A stretch of DNA of 64,000 bases, from sequence record NC_049850.1. One strand, written 5' to 3'. Below the pieces are notes generated by a model. That model was not told the origin of the DNA. It did not search any database and saw only the letters and a list, made by a program, of their open reading frames with translations. Both the position numbers and the translations under genes were made by a program. The first letter of the stretch is position 1. The number at the start of each line of letters is the position of its first letter. This document shows positions 55,648 through 63,928 of the stretch, one piece after another.

Positions 55648-55860
55648 ATGGAAGAAGACGCATACAGGTTCAGTGTGGCCGCGCTCAAGAGCGAGTACGA
55701 CGCTGAACTGCACGAACTGCGCAAGACAGTGCTTGAAGGTCGCGGTGACGTGGCGGGGTTTATCAAACTCAAGGAGTCGCTTGACTCAAGGCTGAAGGAC
55801 CGCGTTAGCGCGGTTACTGGCGCACGCAGTCAAACGCAGAACAAGCTGCTGTACAACTGA
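55648..55860 (+). CDS. hypothetical protein
   Basis: 70 aa. Confidence 0.7.
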   Translation: MEEDAYRFSVAALKSEYDAELHELRKTVLEGRGDVAGFIKLKESLDSRLKDRVSAVTGARSQTQNKLLYN

Positions 55861-55866
55861 ACAAGA

Positions 55867-55943
55867 CTCCGCTTAGCGCAGCCCGGTAGCGCACCTGATT
55901 TGGGATCAGGGGGTCGCAGGTTCGAATCCTGTAGCGGAGACCA
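55867..55943 (+). tRNA. tRNA-Pro(TGG)
   Basis: C1:G72, TTTGGGA loop, GTTCGAATC, CCA. Confidence 0.95.
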
Positions 55944-55961
55944 TACAACATAGGAGGTGTC

Positions 55962-56312
55962 TTGGAAACTACTTACGACTACAGCCTTACGTTCGACCTG
56001 ACTGACATCATCGTGTTCGTTCTGATCGCGATCATGATCAAGATGGTCATCGACATCGTGCGTGAGCGCATGCGAATACGCAGGCTCCGACGCGACATGG
56101 AGGCAAACGGCAATCTTCCGTGCATCACAATCTCGGGCAACGACGATGTGTCGATCTCGGGTCTTGTGTACGAAGGGCGGCCAATCCCCTCGGTCGATAT
56201 CAAGAACAAAGCGCTGTTCGTCGACGGTCAGTTCAAGCGCCGCCTCGCCCGCAATAGCCGTGTCTACAACCGTGGCATCGGCATCTTCGCGGACGGCAAG
56301 TACATGGGGTAA
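55962..56312 (+). CDS. membrane-anchored hypothetical protein
   Basis: AGGAGG RBS, TTG start, one TM helix. Confidence 0.7.
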   Translation: METTYDYSLTFDLTDIIVFVLIAIMIKMVIDIVRERMRIRRLRRDMEANGNLPCITISGNDDVSISGLVYEGRPIPSVDIKNKALFVDGQFKRRLARNSRVYNRGIGIFADGKYMG

Positions 56313-56316
56313 TACC

Positions 56317-56781
56317 ATGCGCAGCATCTTTCACATTTCGGTCGGCTCCGATAACTGGAACCCGACCGAGGCAGAACTTGCTGGCATCGTTCGCAAGTTC
56401 AAAGAACTGGAAGCAAAGCAGGGTCCGCGTCAGACGCTTCCCGATACACGCAAGATCATCCACATCAGTGTGGGTGCTGAGGACTGGACGCCTACCGCAG
56501 ACGAATTGCTGGCAATCGTTGAGCAGTTCCAGTGCGCGGACCTCGATCCGCTCGGTGGGTGGATTGCAACACGTCGAGGCGTCAACGTCACTGACATCGA
56601 GACCGCAGCACAGCCCACACTCGTGGTGAACGGAACGACCTACGAAAGTGCGGCCCGTGCTTCGCTACGTCAGGACTCCATCGACCGGCTTGAGGCCATC
56701 CGCGAAAACTTGCGTGCGTTCAAGCTGAGCACGCTCGATGTCGACACACTGATCAATAGGTTGTCGACGTATCAACTTTAA
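56317..56781 (+). CDS. hypothetical protein with a duplicated HISVG..W.PT..EL motif
   Basis: Two internal repeats; 154 aa. Confidence 0.75.
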   Translation: MRSIFHISVGSDNWNPTEAELAGIVRKFKELEAKQGPRQTLPDTRKIIHISVGAEDWTPTADELLAIVEQFQCADLDPLGGWIATRRGVNVTDIETAAQPTLVVNGTTYESAARASLRQDSIDRLEAIRENLRAFKLSTLDVDTLINRLSTYQL

Positions 56782-56802
56782 CCGAAAAGCTTAGGACAAC
56801 AA

Positions 56803-57225
56803 ATGAAACAACTCAACACGCAACGCCGCTTCGAATGCCTGACCACGGAAGGTACGTGGGTCTCCGTGCACTGGGAGCAACTGGAACCGGGCGACATGAT
56901 CCGCCTGCTCCCCGCTGTAGGCATCACCGAGGACGTGCCGCCGACCGATGTATTCGTCGTCATGGACACGCCGACCGTGAACGTGCGTTCGGTGAACGAA
57001 ATCCGTGCCGAACAAGCAGCCGCAGCGCAGCGTGAAGCGCTGGCCAACACGGAAGGCGTCGATGCTACCCAAGCGGCCCAGAGCGATGTCAACACGGCAG
57101 TCGACGCAGTGAACGCTGTCAAGGAGGCCGCTCGGGAAGCAGTGAAGGCCAAGAAGACTCCGAGCCCGAAGGTTCCGGCACCGGCCCGCAAGCCGCGCAC
57201 GCGCAAGGTCGCGACGCCGAAGTAA
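56803..57225 (+). CDS. hypothetical protein with a basic C-terminal tail
   Basis: 140 aa, AGGA RBS. Confidence 0.75.
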   Translation: MKQLNTQRRFECLTTEGTWVSVHWEQLEPGDMIRLLPAVGITEDVPPTDVFVVMDTPTVNVRSVNEIRAEQAAAAQREALANTEGVDATQAAQSDVNTAVDAVNAVKEAAREAVKAKKTPSPKVPAPARKPRTRKVATPK

Positions 57226-57337
57226 TTGCTGTGTAGTAAATACGTTGGGTGATAGCTGAAACGCAATCCCCAATTTGAGTTGTACAGAAAACGAGTGCTG
57301 GTTGCCGGATGCGGTTGTTACCCGGAACAGCACACGC

Positions 57338-57427
57338 GGATGGGTTCCCGAGCGGCTAAAGGGGGTGGACTGTAAATCCACCGGGCCTCAGTGTCCTACG
57401 TTGGTTCGAATCCAACTCCATCCACCA
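57338..57427 (+). tRNA. tRNA-Tyr(GTA)
   Basis: CTGTAAA loop, long variable arm, CCA. Confidence 0.95.
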
Positions 57428-57473
57428 GAACATAAGCAGGACCCCTGAACATCAGGGCAACAAGGAAAAAGCA

Positions 57474-57755
57474 ATGCCGATTAAGCCGCTGTATGACAAG
57501 GTGGTGGTGCGTACCACCGACACTGACCGTACGACTGTCGGGGGCATCGTGATCCCCGCTGCTTCGCTCAAGGCGAATCAGGCTGTCGTGGTTGCTGTCG
57601 GTGACGGCCACCTGATGCAAGATGGCACACTGCGACCGCTGTCCGTGAAGGTCGGTGACGTGGTGTATCTCTCGCACGAAGGCTCCGAGATCGAAGTCGA
57701 TGGCGAAAAGCTTCGCGTCTTCATCGAAGGCGATCTGATCGGAGTCCTCAACTAA
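57474..57755 (+). CDS. groES: co-chaperonin GroES
   Basis: IKPLYDKVVV...T.GGIVIP...VVAVGDG...VKVGDVV...G.EIEVDGE...E.DLIGV. Confidence 0.95.
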   Translation: MPIKPLYDKVVVRTTDTDRTTVGGIVIPAASLKANQAVVVAVGDGHLMQDGTLRPLSVKVGDVVYLSHEGSEIEVDGEKLRVFIEGDLIGVLN

Positions 57756-57764
57756 GCAGTACAT

Positions 57765-57840
57765 TCCGGGGTAGCTCAGTTGGTAGAGTAGGGGACTGTT
57801 AATCCCTTGGTCACTGGTTCGAACCCAGTCCCCGGAGCCA
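57765..57840 (+). tRNA. tRNA-Asn(GTT)
   Basis: CTGTTAA loop, G73, CCA. Confidence 0.95.
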
Positions 57841-57944
57841 GTAACGATCACCTGAAAGCGAAACTATGTCCACCAGTACTCATGCACTGACCTGCCGCTG
57901 ACTATTGGGTTGTGAATCAGACCATCAGGTGTTCTAAGCAGTAC

Positions 57945-58020
57945 GCGCGGGTAGCTCAGTTGGTAGAGCACCGGACTGAAAATCCGGGTGTCGCTGGTTC
58001 GAGTCCGGCCCTGCGCACCA
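57945..58020 (+). tRNA. tRNA-Phe(GAA)
   Basis: CTGAAAA loop, CCA. Confidence 0.95.
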
Positions 58021-58238
58021 GCGTTGTGATCGAGTGAAAATCGTAGGAAGGGGCCGATTACCCTGACCGCAATCTGTAGGTGGACCGGCTGGCCCTCATC
58101 CTGCTAGTGTAGATTTTTCCCATGTGGTTTCGATCAACTAATCATTGTGTGGTGTAGCGCACTCAATTAGACGGCCGGGCTCCGGAGCCCGCGTACCATA
58201 CCACCCCGGATGGAAACCGTTGAATAGTCCGGGTCGAT

Positions 58239-58315
58239 AGGGGTGTCGCCAAGCTGGTTAAGGCAACGGATTTTGATTCCGTCATGCGTAGGTTCGAATC
58301 CTACCGCCCCTTCCA
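58239..58315 (+). tRNA. tRNA-Gln(TTG)
   Basis: TTTTGAT loop, GCCAAG D-arm, CCA; discriminator U. Confidence 0.9.
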
Positions 58316-58392
58316 AACACGCAGTACCGCTGCCTCCCCCTACGGTGGAATCCCGAAGGACTCGCTGGCAGCCTCGAACAATTAGGACTCCA

Positions 58393-58719
58393 ATGAACGC
58401 AATCAAGAACGCGACTGCCACCACATTCGACGCTGATGTCATGAACGGTGACGGTCTCATCCTCGTCGATTTCTGGGCACCGTGGTGTGGCCCGTGCAAG
58501 ATGTTGGCTCCGACACTGGACAAGATATCGCAAGAGCGCGACGACCTCCAGATCGTGAAGGTAAACGTCGACGAAGAAGCAGAGAACGAAGTCGCAAAGA
58601 AGTTCGGAGTCCGTGGTATTCCGTCACTCATGCTCGTGCGGAACGGTGCAGTGATCGCGCAACGCGCTGGAGCACTCGCCAAGTCGCAACTGGAAGCATG
58701 GATCGACGCGAACAAGTAG
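58393..58719 (+). CDS. trxA: thioredoxin
   Basis: VDFWAPWCGPCK...VNVD...FGVRGIPSL. Confidence 0.95.
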   Translation: MNAIKNATATTFDADVMNGDGLILVDFWAPWCGPCKMLAPTLDKISQERDDLQIVKVNVDEEAENEVAKKFGVRGIPSLMLVRNGAVIAQRAGALAKSQLEAWIDANK

Positions 58720-58727
58720 CAAGCAGT

Positions 58728-58800
58728 CCTGAGTTAGCTTAGTGGCAAAGCAGCCGGGGTCCGGCGATGGACTACGGTTCGATTCCGTAACTCGGGGCCA
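58728..58800 (+). ncRNA. tRNA-like RNA lacking an anticodon loop
   Basis: 7-bp acceptor stem, U8A9, D arm with GG, TTCGATT T-loop, G73-CCA; anticodon arm is GCCGG-GGT-CCGGC. Confidence 0.8.
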
Positions 58801-58985
58801 AGATTTCTGCATCGTGGGCTGACCTCCACGGTGATCCGCTAGACGCGGAGGGTCACATCGGGGTATTGCACATGCCCGCTGGCGGTCACCAGCACCTCCT
58901 TGTCGCGCGACGACCGCGATTAATGGGCTACGTCGTATAAGTGGTTGGTTGTCCTGAGCGCACTAGGGCGTTCGGGGTAGTGCAG

Positions 58986-59029
58986 AAGGGTGATAGTCTG
59001 GGTAACCGGTCTATCACCCTTTTGTTTTT
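58986..59029 (+). terminator. strong terminator ending the tRNA/ncRNA cluster
   Basis: AAGGGTGATAG/CTATCACCCTT followed by TTGTTTTT. Confidence 0.85.
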
Positions 59030-59077
59030 GGTTCGTGTTATACTGGGTAGGTAGTAAATAACCAAAGGAGGTGTCAA

Positions 59078-59266
59078 ATGAAACAAGTGATGATATTGGC
59101 GTCCCTGTTTCTGGCAAGCCTCGTGCTCACAATCGAGTTGCGGCTACACCAGATACCGTACTCGGACCTCGTGATGACGGCGTACACGCTGATCTTCTTC
59201 GCGGTCTGGGCGATGATCGATTTCAAGGCCATGCGGAGGAAACAGGGTGACGGCAATTCGTATTGA
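59078..59266 (+). CDS. small membrane protein
   Basis: AAGGAGG RBS, two TM helices. Confidence 0.75.
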   Translation: MKQVMILASLFLASLVLTIELRLHQIPYSDLVMTAYTLIFFAVWAMIDFKAMRRKQGDGNSY

Positions 59267-59582
59267 ATTCTCGGTGCAGAACATCGGGAACGTGGTGCGC
59301 GAGGCACTGCGCAGCAACCACCGGGTGACCGGAATCTTGGTTCCGCGCAGGCTTGCCGACAAGATTTACGCGTATGTGAGGTCTGAGCAGGTGCCCGGAC
59401 CGGGCCATCCGCTGTACGACCTTTTCAACACTCTCGACGTGAACCACAAGATCGAGGATCGCGTGTACCAGTCGTTCGGTTGCATACTGGGAATCCCCAT
59501 GTACATCGAGCCGTGCATGGTGCCGGAAGAAATCAAGCTGGGAGAGTTCGAGGCGATCCTGTACACGACGGCGTTTGCGTAA
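59247..59582 (+). CDS. hypothetical protein
   Basis: 111 aa. Confidence 0.7.
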   Translation: MTAIRIEFSVQNIGNVVREALRSNHRVTGILVPRRLADKIYAYVRSEQVPGPGHPLYDLFNTLDVNHKIEDRVYQSFGCILGIPMYIEPCMVPEEIKLGEFEAILYTTAFA

Positions 59583-59678
59583 CGTGTGTTGGTGCTGTAC
59601 AATCCGTGTCTCGCAGTAAATAGTATGGGGTAGCAGAAATCGGTCTGCTGCCCCGTTTCCATTTCCAAGGGAGGATTT

Positions 59679-59873
59679 ATGGTCGTGCACAAGAACGCAG
59701 AGATCATTTGTGCTTGGGTGAACGGGGCTCGCATTCAATACCAGTCACCGACGACGGATGAGTGGCATGACGTGCCTCCCGCTGTCGATATGGAGGACGA
59801 ATACTTGGAACCCAACCCGATTCATCCGGACTACGCGTGGTTCCCGAACTGGCGCGTGGTCAAACAGGAGTAG
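59679..59873 (+). CDS. hypothetical protein
   Basis: 64 aa, GGAGG RBS. Confidence 0.75.
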   Translation: MVVHKNAEIICAWVNGARIQYQSPTTDEWHDVPPAVDMEDEYLEPNPIHPDYAWFPNWRVVKQE

Positions 59874-59876
59874 TTG

Positions 59877-61490
59877 ATGCTCAAACCCGTCAAGATGAAA
59901 AACGCGGTGCGCTGGCTTGTAGTCGACGCAGCCGCACGTGTTCGTCTTCCGGCTCGTGAACTCATGGACCTGCACGCATGGTCCCGTAACTGGCGTGGCG
60001 GCGCACCTCGCGCCCTGTTCGCTGCGGCTTGTAACTGGCTTGAAGAAGAGCAGGGGCGCTCGTGGTATCGAGACGATCAGTACCGGCTTCCTTACCCGGT
60101 GCCCGATCAGGTGGAGAAGCGATGGGGTATGGTCTACGACATGATCGGGGCCTTCCTCGTCGACGAAGCAAAGGACTTCTGGAACAAGCTGGGCGACACG
60201 AATGAGGTTGATCGTTCACTGTACAGTGCGGTAGACCTGTTCGGATCGGAAGATCAGAATCAGGAAGTGCGAGAGTTTGAACGGCCTGACATACCTTGGA
60301 ATGACGAGCAAAACTCGGCAATCAAGGATGTGATGCGCTGGTACTCGGACAAGGGCCGGGCACCGATCTTCCGGCTGTTCGGGTACGCGGGTACTGGTAA
60401 GACTCAGTTGATCAAGGAGATAGCGTGGCGCATCGAGAACGGTGAGGGAGTCAAGAAGGGCTCCGTGCTGTTTGCGGCGTACACGGGGAAGGCAGCGGCC
60501 GTCATGCGCAGCAAGGGCTGCGTTGGGGCCACGACATTGCACTCCCTGATCTACCGACCGAAGATGGATCGCGTCACCGGAAAGATCAAGGGGTTCTCGC
60601 GCAACGAGGAAAGCCCGCTGCGGTACGCCTCAATCCTGATCGTCGACGAAGTGTCGATGGTGAACGAAGACATGGCACTCGACATCCTGAAGTACGGGGT
60701 GATGGTGCTGGTCGTAGGTGATCCGTTCCAGTTGAAGCCGGTTAAGGGCGAAGGCTACTTCGTGCGCGGCCGTGCCGATGTCATGCTCACGAAGATCGAG
60801 CGGCAGGCTGAAGAGAACCCGCTGATCTGGTTGTCGATGCGACTGCGCGCGAAAAAGAAGCTGAAGCCCGGGACCTACGGTTCGACGCGGATTCATGCTA
60901 TAGGCACGCAGATTGATGACGAGCACGTGATGACCGCTGACCAGATGCTGTGCGGTATCCACCGTACGCGTCACGCGCTGAACCGGAAGTACCGTACGCT
61001 TGCTGGCTACTTCGATCAGGACTCTGAATTCCCGGTCAAGGGTGAACGACTCCTGTGCAAGAAGAACAACAAGCAGACAGGCGTACTGAACGGAACGCAG
61101 TGGCATTGCTCGCGCCCGCGTATCAAGCCGATCAAACGTTTGAAGAACCCGAAGAACCCGGCTGCTGGTTACGAGGTGACACGTCTCGAAGGGCTGTACT
61201 TCAAGGCCCGGTCGCTCGACCTGTTCAACAGCGACGGTGCGCCTATGATCGTGGACACGGTGTGTTCGCTCCACCACTTCGATCACAACCTGCCGGAGCC
61301 GCCGTGGCAGGACATTCAGGGCACCGACACGTGGACGTTCGCGTACACGCAGACGGGCCACAGCGCTCAGGGCAGTCAGTGGGACAAGACACTGATCGTC
61401 GACGAATCCGACGTGTTCCCTGATCAGAAATGGGAGCACTTCTACACGCAGTTGACACGGACCGCCGTGTCGGCAGAGATTTACCTTTAA
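59877..61490 (+). CDS. SF1B (Dda/RecD-like) DNA helicase with an N-terminal extension
   Basis: GYAGTGKT, AYTGKAA, TLHSLIY, IVDEVSMV, GDPFQL, RQAEENP, HSAQGSQW, YTQLTR. Confidence 0.92.
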   Translation: MLKPVKMKNAVRWLVVDAAARVRLPARELMDLHAWSRNWRGGAPRALFAAACNWLEEEQGRSWYRDDQYRLPYPVPDQVEKRWGMVYDMIGAFLVDEAKDFWNKLGDTNEVDRSLYSAVDLFGSEDQNQEVREFERPDIPWNDEQNSAIKDVMRWYSDKGRAPIFRLFGYAGTGKTQLIKEIAWRIENGEGVKKGSVLFAAYTGKAAAVMRSKGCVGATTLHSLIYRPKMDRVTGKIKGFSRNEESPLRYASILIVDEVSMVNEDMALDILKYGVMVLVVGDPFQLKPVKGEGYFVRGRADVMLTKIERQAEENPLIWLSMRLRAKKKLKPGTYGSTRIHAIGTQIDDEHVMTADQMLCGIHRTRHALNRKYRTLAGYFDQDSEFPVKGERLLCKKNNKQTGVLNGTQWHCSRPRIKPIKRLKNPKNPAAGYEVTRLEGLYFKARSLDLFNSDGAPMIVDTVCSLHHFDHNLPEPPWQDIQGTDTWTFAYTQTGHSAQGSQWDKTLIVDESDVFPDQKWEHFYTQLTRTAVSAEIYL

Positions 61491-61499
61491 GGGAGCAGC

Positions 61500-62393
61500 A
61501 TGTCCAAACTCGTAACCGTGCAGATCAAGCCACGGTCGTTTCTTCAGAAGAAGTTCTCCGCTGGCCAGATGTGGTTCTTAGCCGAGCCCATTGCCATTGA
61601 CGGGGTGTACAACGGCAACTACGAGGTTGCTATCGCTGGCGGTAGGCACGTGATCAGTGGCCGCAGCCTGAACGTTCAGACGTGGACCACTTACGAGTCG
61701 CCTGTAGAGTTGCTGACGCGCCTAAACGGCCACATCTACTCGACAAGCGGCGGTCCCACCAAGCACGTGGAACTGCGGCCCGAGGACGTTCAGCCTCCGT
61801 CACCGCCCGAGCGCACGTTCGTCATGATCGACATCGAGAGTCTGGGGCTGCGCGTAGGATCGCCTGTCCTGTCTATCGGGGCGTGCGCCGTGCAACGCGG
61901 TCTCGGCATCATCGATGAATTCAGCGTCGTGCTCGATCTTCAAGAGCAACTGGACAAGGGCGCGAAGGTAGAGGCCGACGCCTTCTACTGGTGGCTGCGC
62001 CAGCCCGAAAAGCCGCGTCTTGCCATCGCAGGCCCAGACGTGAAGTACTCGACGCTGGAAGAGGCGCGCGAGCAACTGACCCACTTCTGGGCGCGCGTAG
62101 AGGCCCACCCGTGCGTCGTGGGTGGTAGCGTGTTCGCGATGGCCCTCGGCAACGACTTCGACCTCGCACAACTCGACCTGTGGTTCAATGGCAACGTGCC
62201 ATGGCACTACCGCGACAAGGTGTGCCTGCGCGCCCTGATCAACACGCACCCGAACTCGGTGGTGTGGGATAGCGAGGACAACTTCGGCAAGGATCGCGAA
62301 GACCTGCACACGGCACTCGGTGACGCGAAGGCCCAATCCCGGATGCTCATGCGCATGGTCGCCCGCCATCCCGAAATCTCGCAGGTGGTGTGA
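61500..62393 (+). CDS. DEDDh 3'-5' exonuclease with an N-terminal extension
   Basis: MIDIESLG, GNDFD, HTALGDA. Confidence 0.88.
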   Translation: MSKLVTVQIKPRSFLQKKFSAGQMWFLAEPIAIDGVYNGNYEVAIAGGRHVISGRSLNVQTWTTYESPVELLTRLNGHIYSTSGGPTKHVELRPEDVQPPSPPERTFVMIDIESLGLRVGSPVLSIGACAVQRGLGIIDEFSVVLDLQEQLDKGAKVEADAFYWWLRQPEKPRLAIAGPDVKYSTLEEAREQLTHFWARVEAHPCVVGGSVFAMALGNDFDLAQLDLWFNGNVPWHYRDKVCLRALINTHPNSVVWDSEDNFGKDREDLHTALGDAKAQSRMLMRMVARHPEISQVV

Positions 62394-62620
62394 TGACGAA
62401 GAAACAGAAGGCCCCGGGCCTGCGTCTGCAACTGCTGTCGGACGGCAGCACCGCCCAGTACCTCGAAATCTCGAAGCTGGCGACGCCGCACGTCGAGAAG
62501 GAGTTCATCCACTTCGACAAGCTGCCGGACGGCACGTGGCGTTTGCTCATCAACGTGCGTGACGAGAACGGCAAGCAGATTGCGACGCCGGACATCCACA
62601 TCATGGAGATCATGCGGTGA
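62390..62620 (+). CDS. hypothetical protein
   Basis: 76 aa, coupled. Confidence 0.7.
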   Translation: MMTKKQKAPGLRLQLLSDGSTAQYLEISKLATPHVEKEFIHFDKLPDGTWRLLINVRDENGKQIATPDIHIMEIMR

Positions 62621-62982
62621 GCGAGGACAGCCGTTACTGGGTAGGCGTCGATTTTGATTCGACGCTTGCCTATCTGGACGAGTGGCAAGGAAAGTTTCAC
62701 CTTGGCACGCCTATACCGGCCATGGTAGCATTCGTCCGCAGTTTGCTCGAACAGGGCAAGGAAGTACGTGTGATGACGGCCCGGGTATGCCCGGACCCCG
62801 ACTACACTGAGGAAGAACTCGAAGAGGTGCACCGCCTGATCGAAGACTGGACAGAAGAGCATATCGGCACTCGTCTGAGCGCCACGTGTATCAAGGACCG
62901 GTTCATGATCGCGCTCTTCGACGACAAGGCGTTTCACGTGACCCCGAACACGGGGATCGTTCACATACCGGAGACTGAATGA
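62617..62982 (+). CDS. HAD-superfamily phosphatase (polynucleotide 3'-phosphatase-like)
   Basis: VDFDSTL, MTAR, FDDKA. Confidence 0.85.
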   Translation: MSEDSRYWVGVDFDSTLAYLDEWQGKFHLGTPIPAMVAFVRSLLEQGKEVRVMTARVCPDPDYTEEELEEVHRLIEDWTEEHIGTRLSATCIKDRFMIALFDDKAFHVTPNTGIVHIPETE

Positions 62983-63224
62983 AGTCCATTAAGTTCCAAC
63001 GGCGCTGTAGCAGTGGCACGGAGTTTTACGAAATGCCTCTGGAAGAGGGCAACTACGGCATCGTCTACAACGGTGGCCCCACACTCGGCATCAAGTTCTT
63101 CTCGGACGACGGCACCGAATGCCTGTACGTGGAACTTCCCAAGGAAGCTGCCGACAAGATGGCGCAGTACATCATCGACTCGGACCGCAACCATCAACTC
63201 TACAAAAACCTGAAGGAAATCTGA
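62979..63224 (+). CDS. hypothetical protein
   Basis: 81 aa, coupled. Confidence 0.7.
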   Translation: MKSIKFQRRCSSGTEFYEMPLEEGNYGIVYNGGPTLGIKFFSDDGTECLYVELPKEAADKMAQYIIDSDRNHQLYKNLKEI

Positions 63225-63928
63225 TGTTCAACGTCGACCCGCATTACGAAGCAAAGCACATCATCCGCGCCGCGTTCGCACCTGACCACGCCGACTACCT
63301 GCTGTCGGCCATGTCGCAGGGCCTGCACACGGCAAACCCGTATCACAACGTGGAGCACCAACTGCACGTCGCGTACTGGGCTCATGTGTGCGCGCTCAAC
63401 GAGAACTCGTTGCTGGCCAAGCCGAGCAATCGCTATCTCGTCGAGAGCGATATCAAGGCGCTCCTGCTGGCCGCCATGTTCCACGACCACAACCATTCTG
63501 GCGGTGTCGAGAACGATCTCGTCAACGTCCAGCGCGCGATCCAACGCGTGATGAGCCGCGATATCGCGCTCATCATGGAGAACGAGGGCATCGACAAGAA
63601 CAAGGTGCGCAACCTGATCCGCGTCACCTGTTTCCACGAAGGCGAATTCCGGCACGTGCCGAAGAATCTGCTGGAAAAGTCGATCCGCGACGCTGACCTC
63701 ATGATGGTCTACACGCAAAGCGGGGCGGACGTGTCGACCGGCCTCATGTACGAGCAAAAGGGTGCACCCACTGGCTGGGTTCAGCGCTCGTACGAATTCC
63801 TGTCGACCGCCAAGATGTTCACGCGTTTCGGCCAGATCGCACAGGCCCAGCACCTGAAAGACGCGTGTGCCGCGTGGAAAGAACAGCATGACCAGATCGT
63901 TGCGTACAACGCAGCCGCTGGAAAGTAA
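63224..63928 (+). CDS. HD-domain phosphohydrolase (class I PDE-like signature)
   Basis: NPYHNVEH, AAMFHDHNHSG, RDADL. Confidence 0.85.
   Translation: MFNVDPHYEAKHIIRAAFAPDHADYLLSAMSQGLHTANPYHNVEHQLHVAYWAHVCALNENSLLAKPSNRYLVESDIKALLLAAMFHDHNHSGGVENDLVNVQRAIQRVMSRDIALIMENEGIDKNKVRNLIRVTCFHEGEFRHVPKNLLEKSIRDADLMMVYTQSGADVSTGLMYEQKGAPTGWVQRSYEFLSTAKMFTRFGQIAQAQHLKDACAAWKEQHDQIVAYNAAAGK

Noticed and set aside
54333-59030. tmRNA, SRP RNA, RNase P or 6S RNA in the tRNA cluster
   Set aside because: No tmRNA ends or tag ORF, no SRP GGAA domain, no RNase P core motifs recognised; the structured regions are left unnamed
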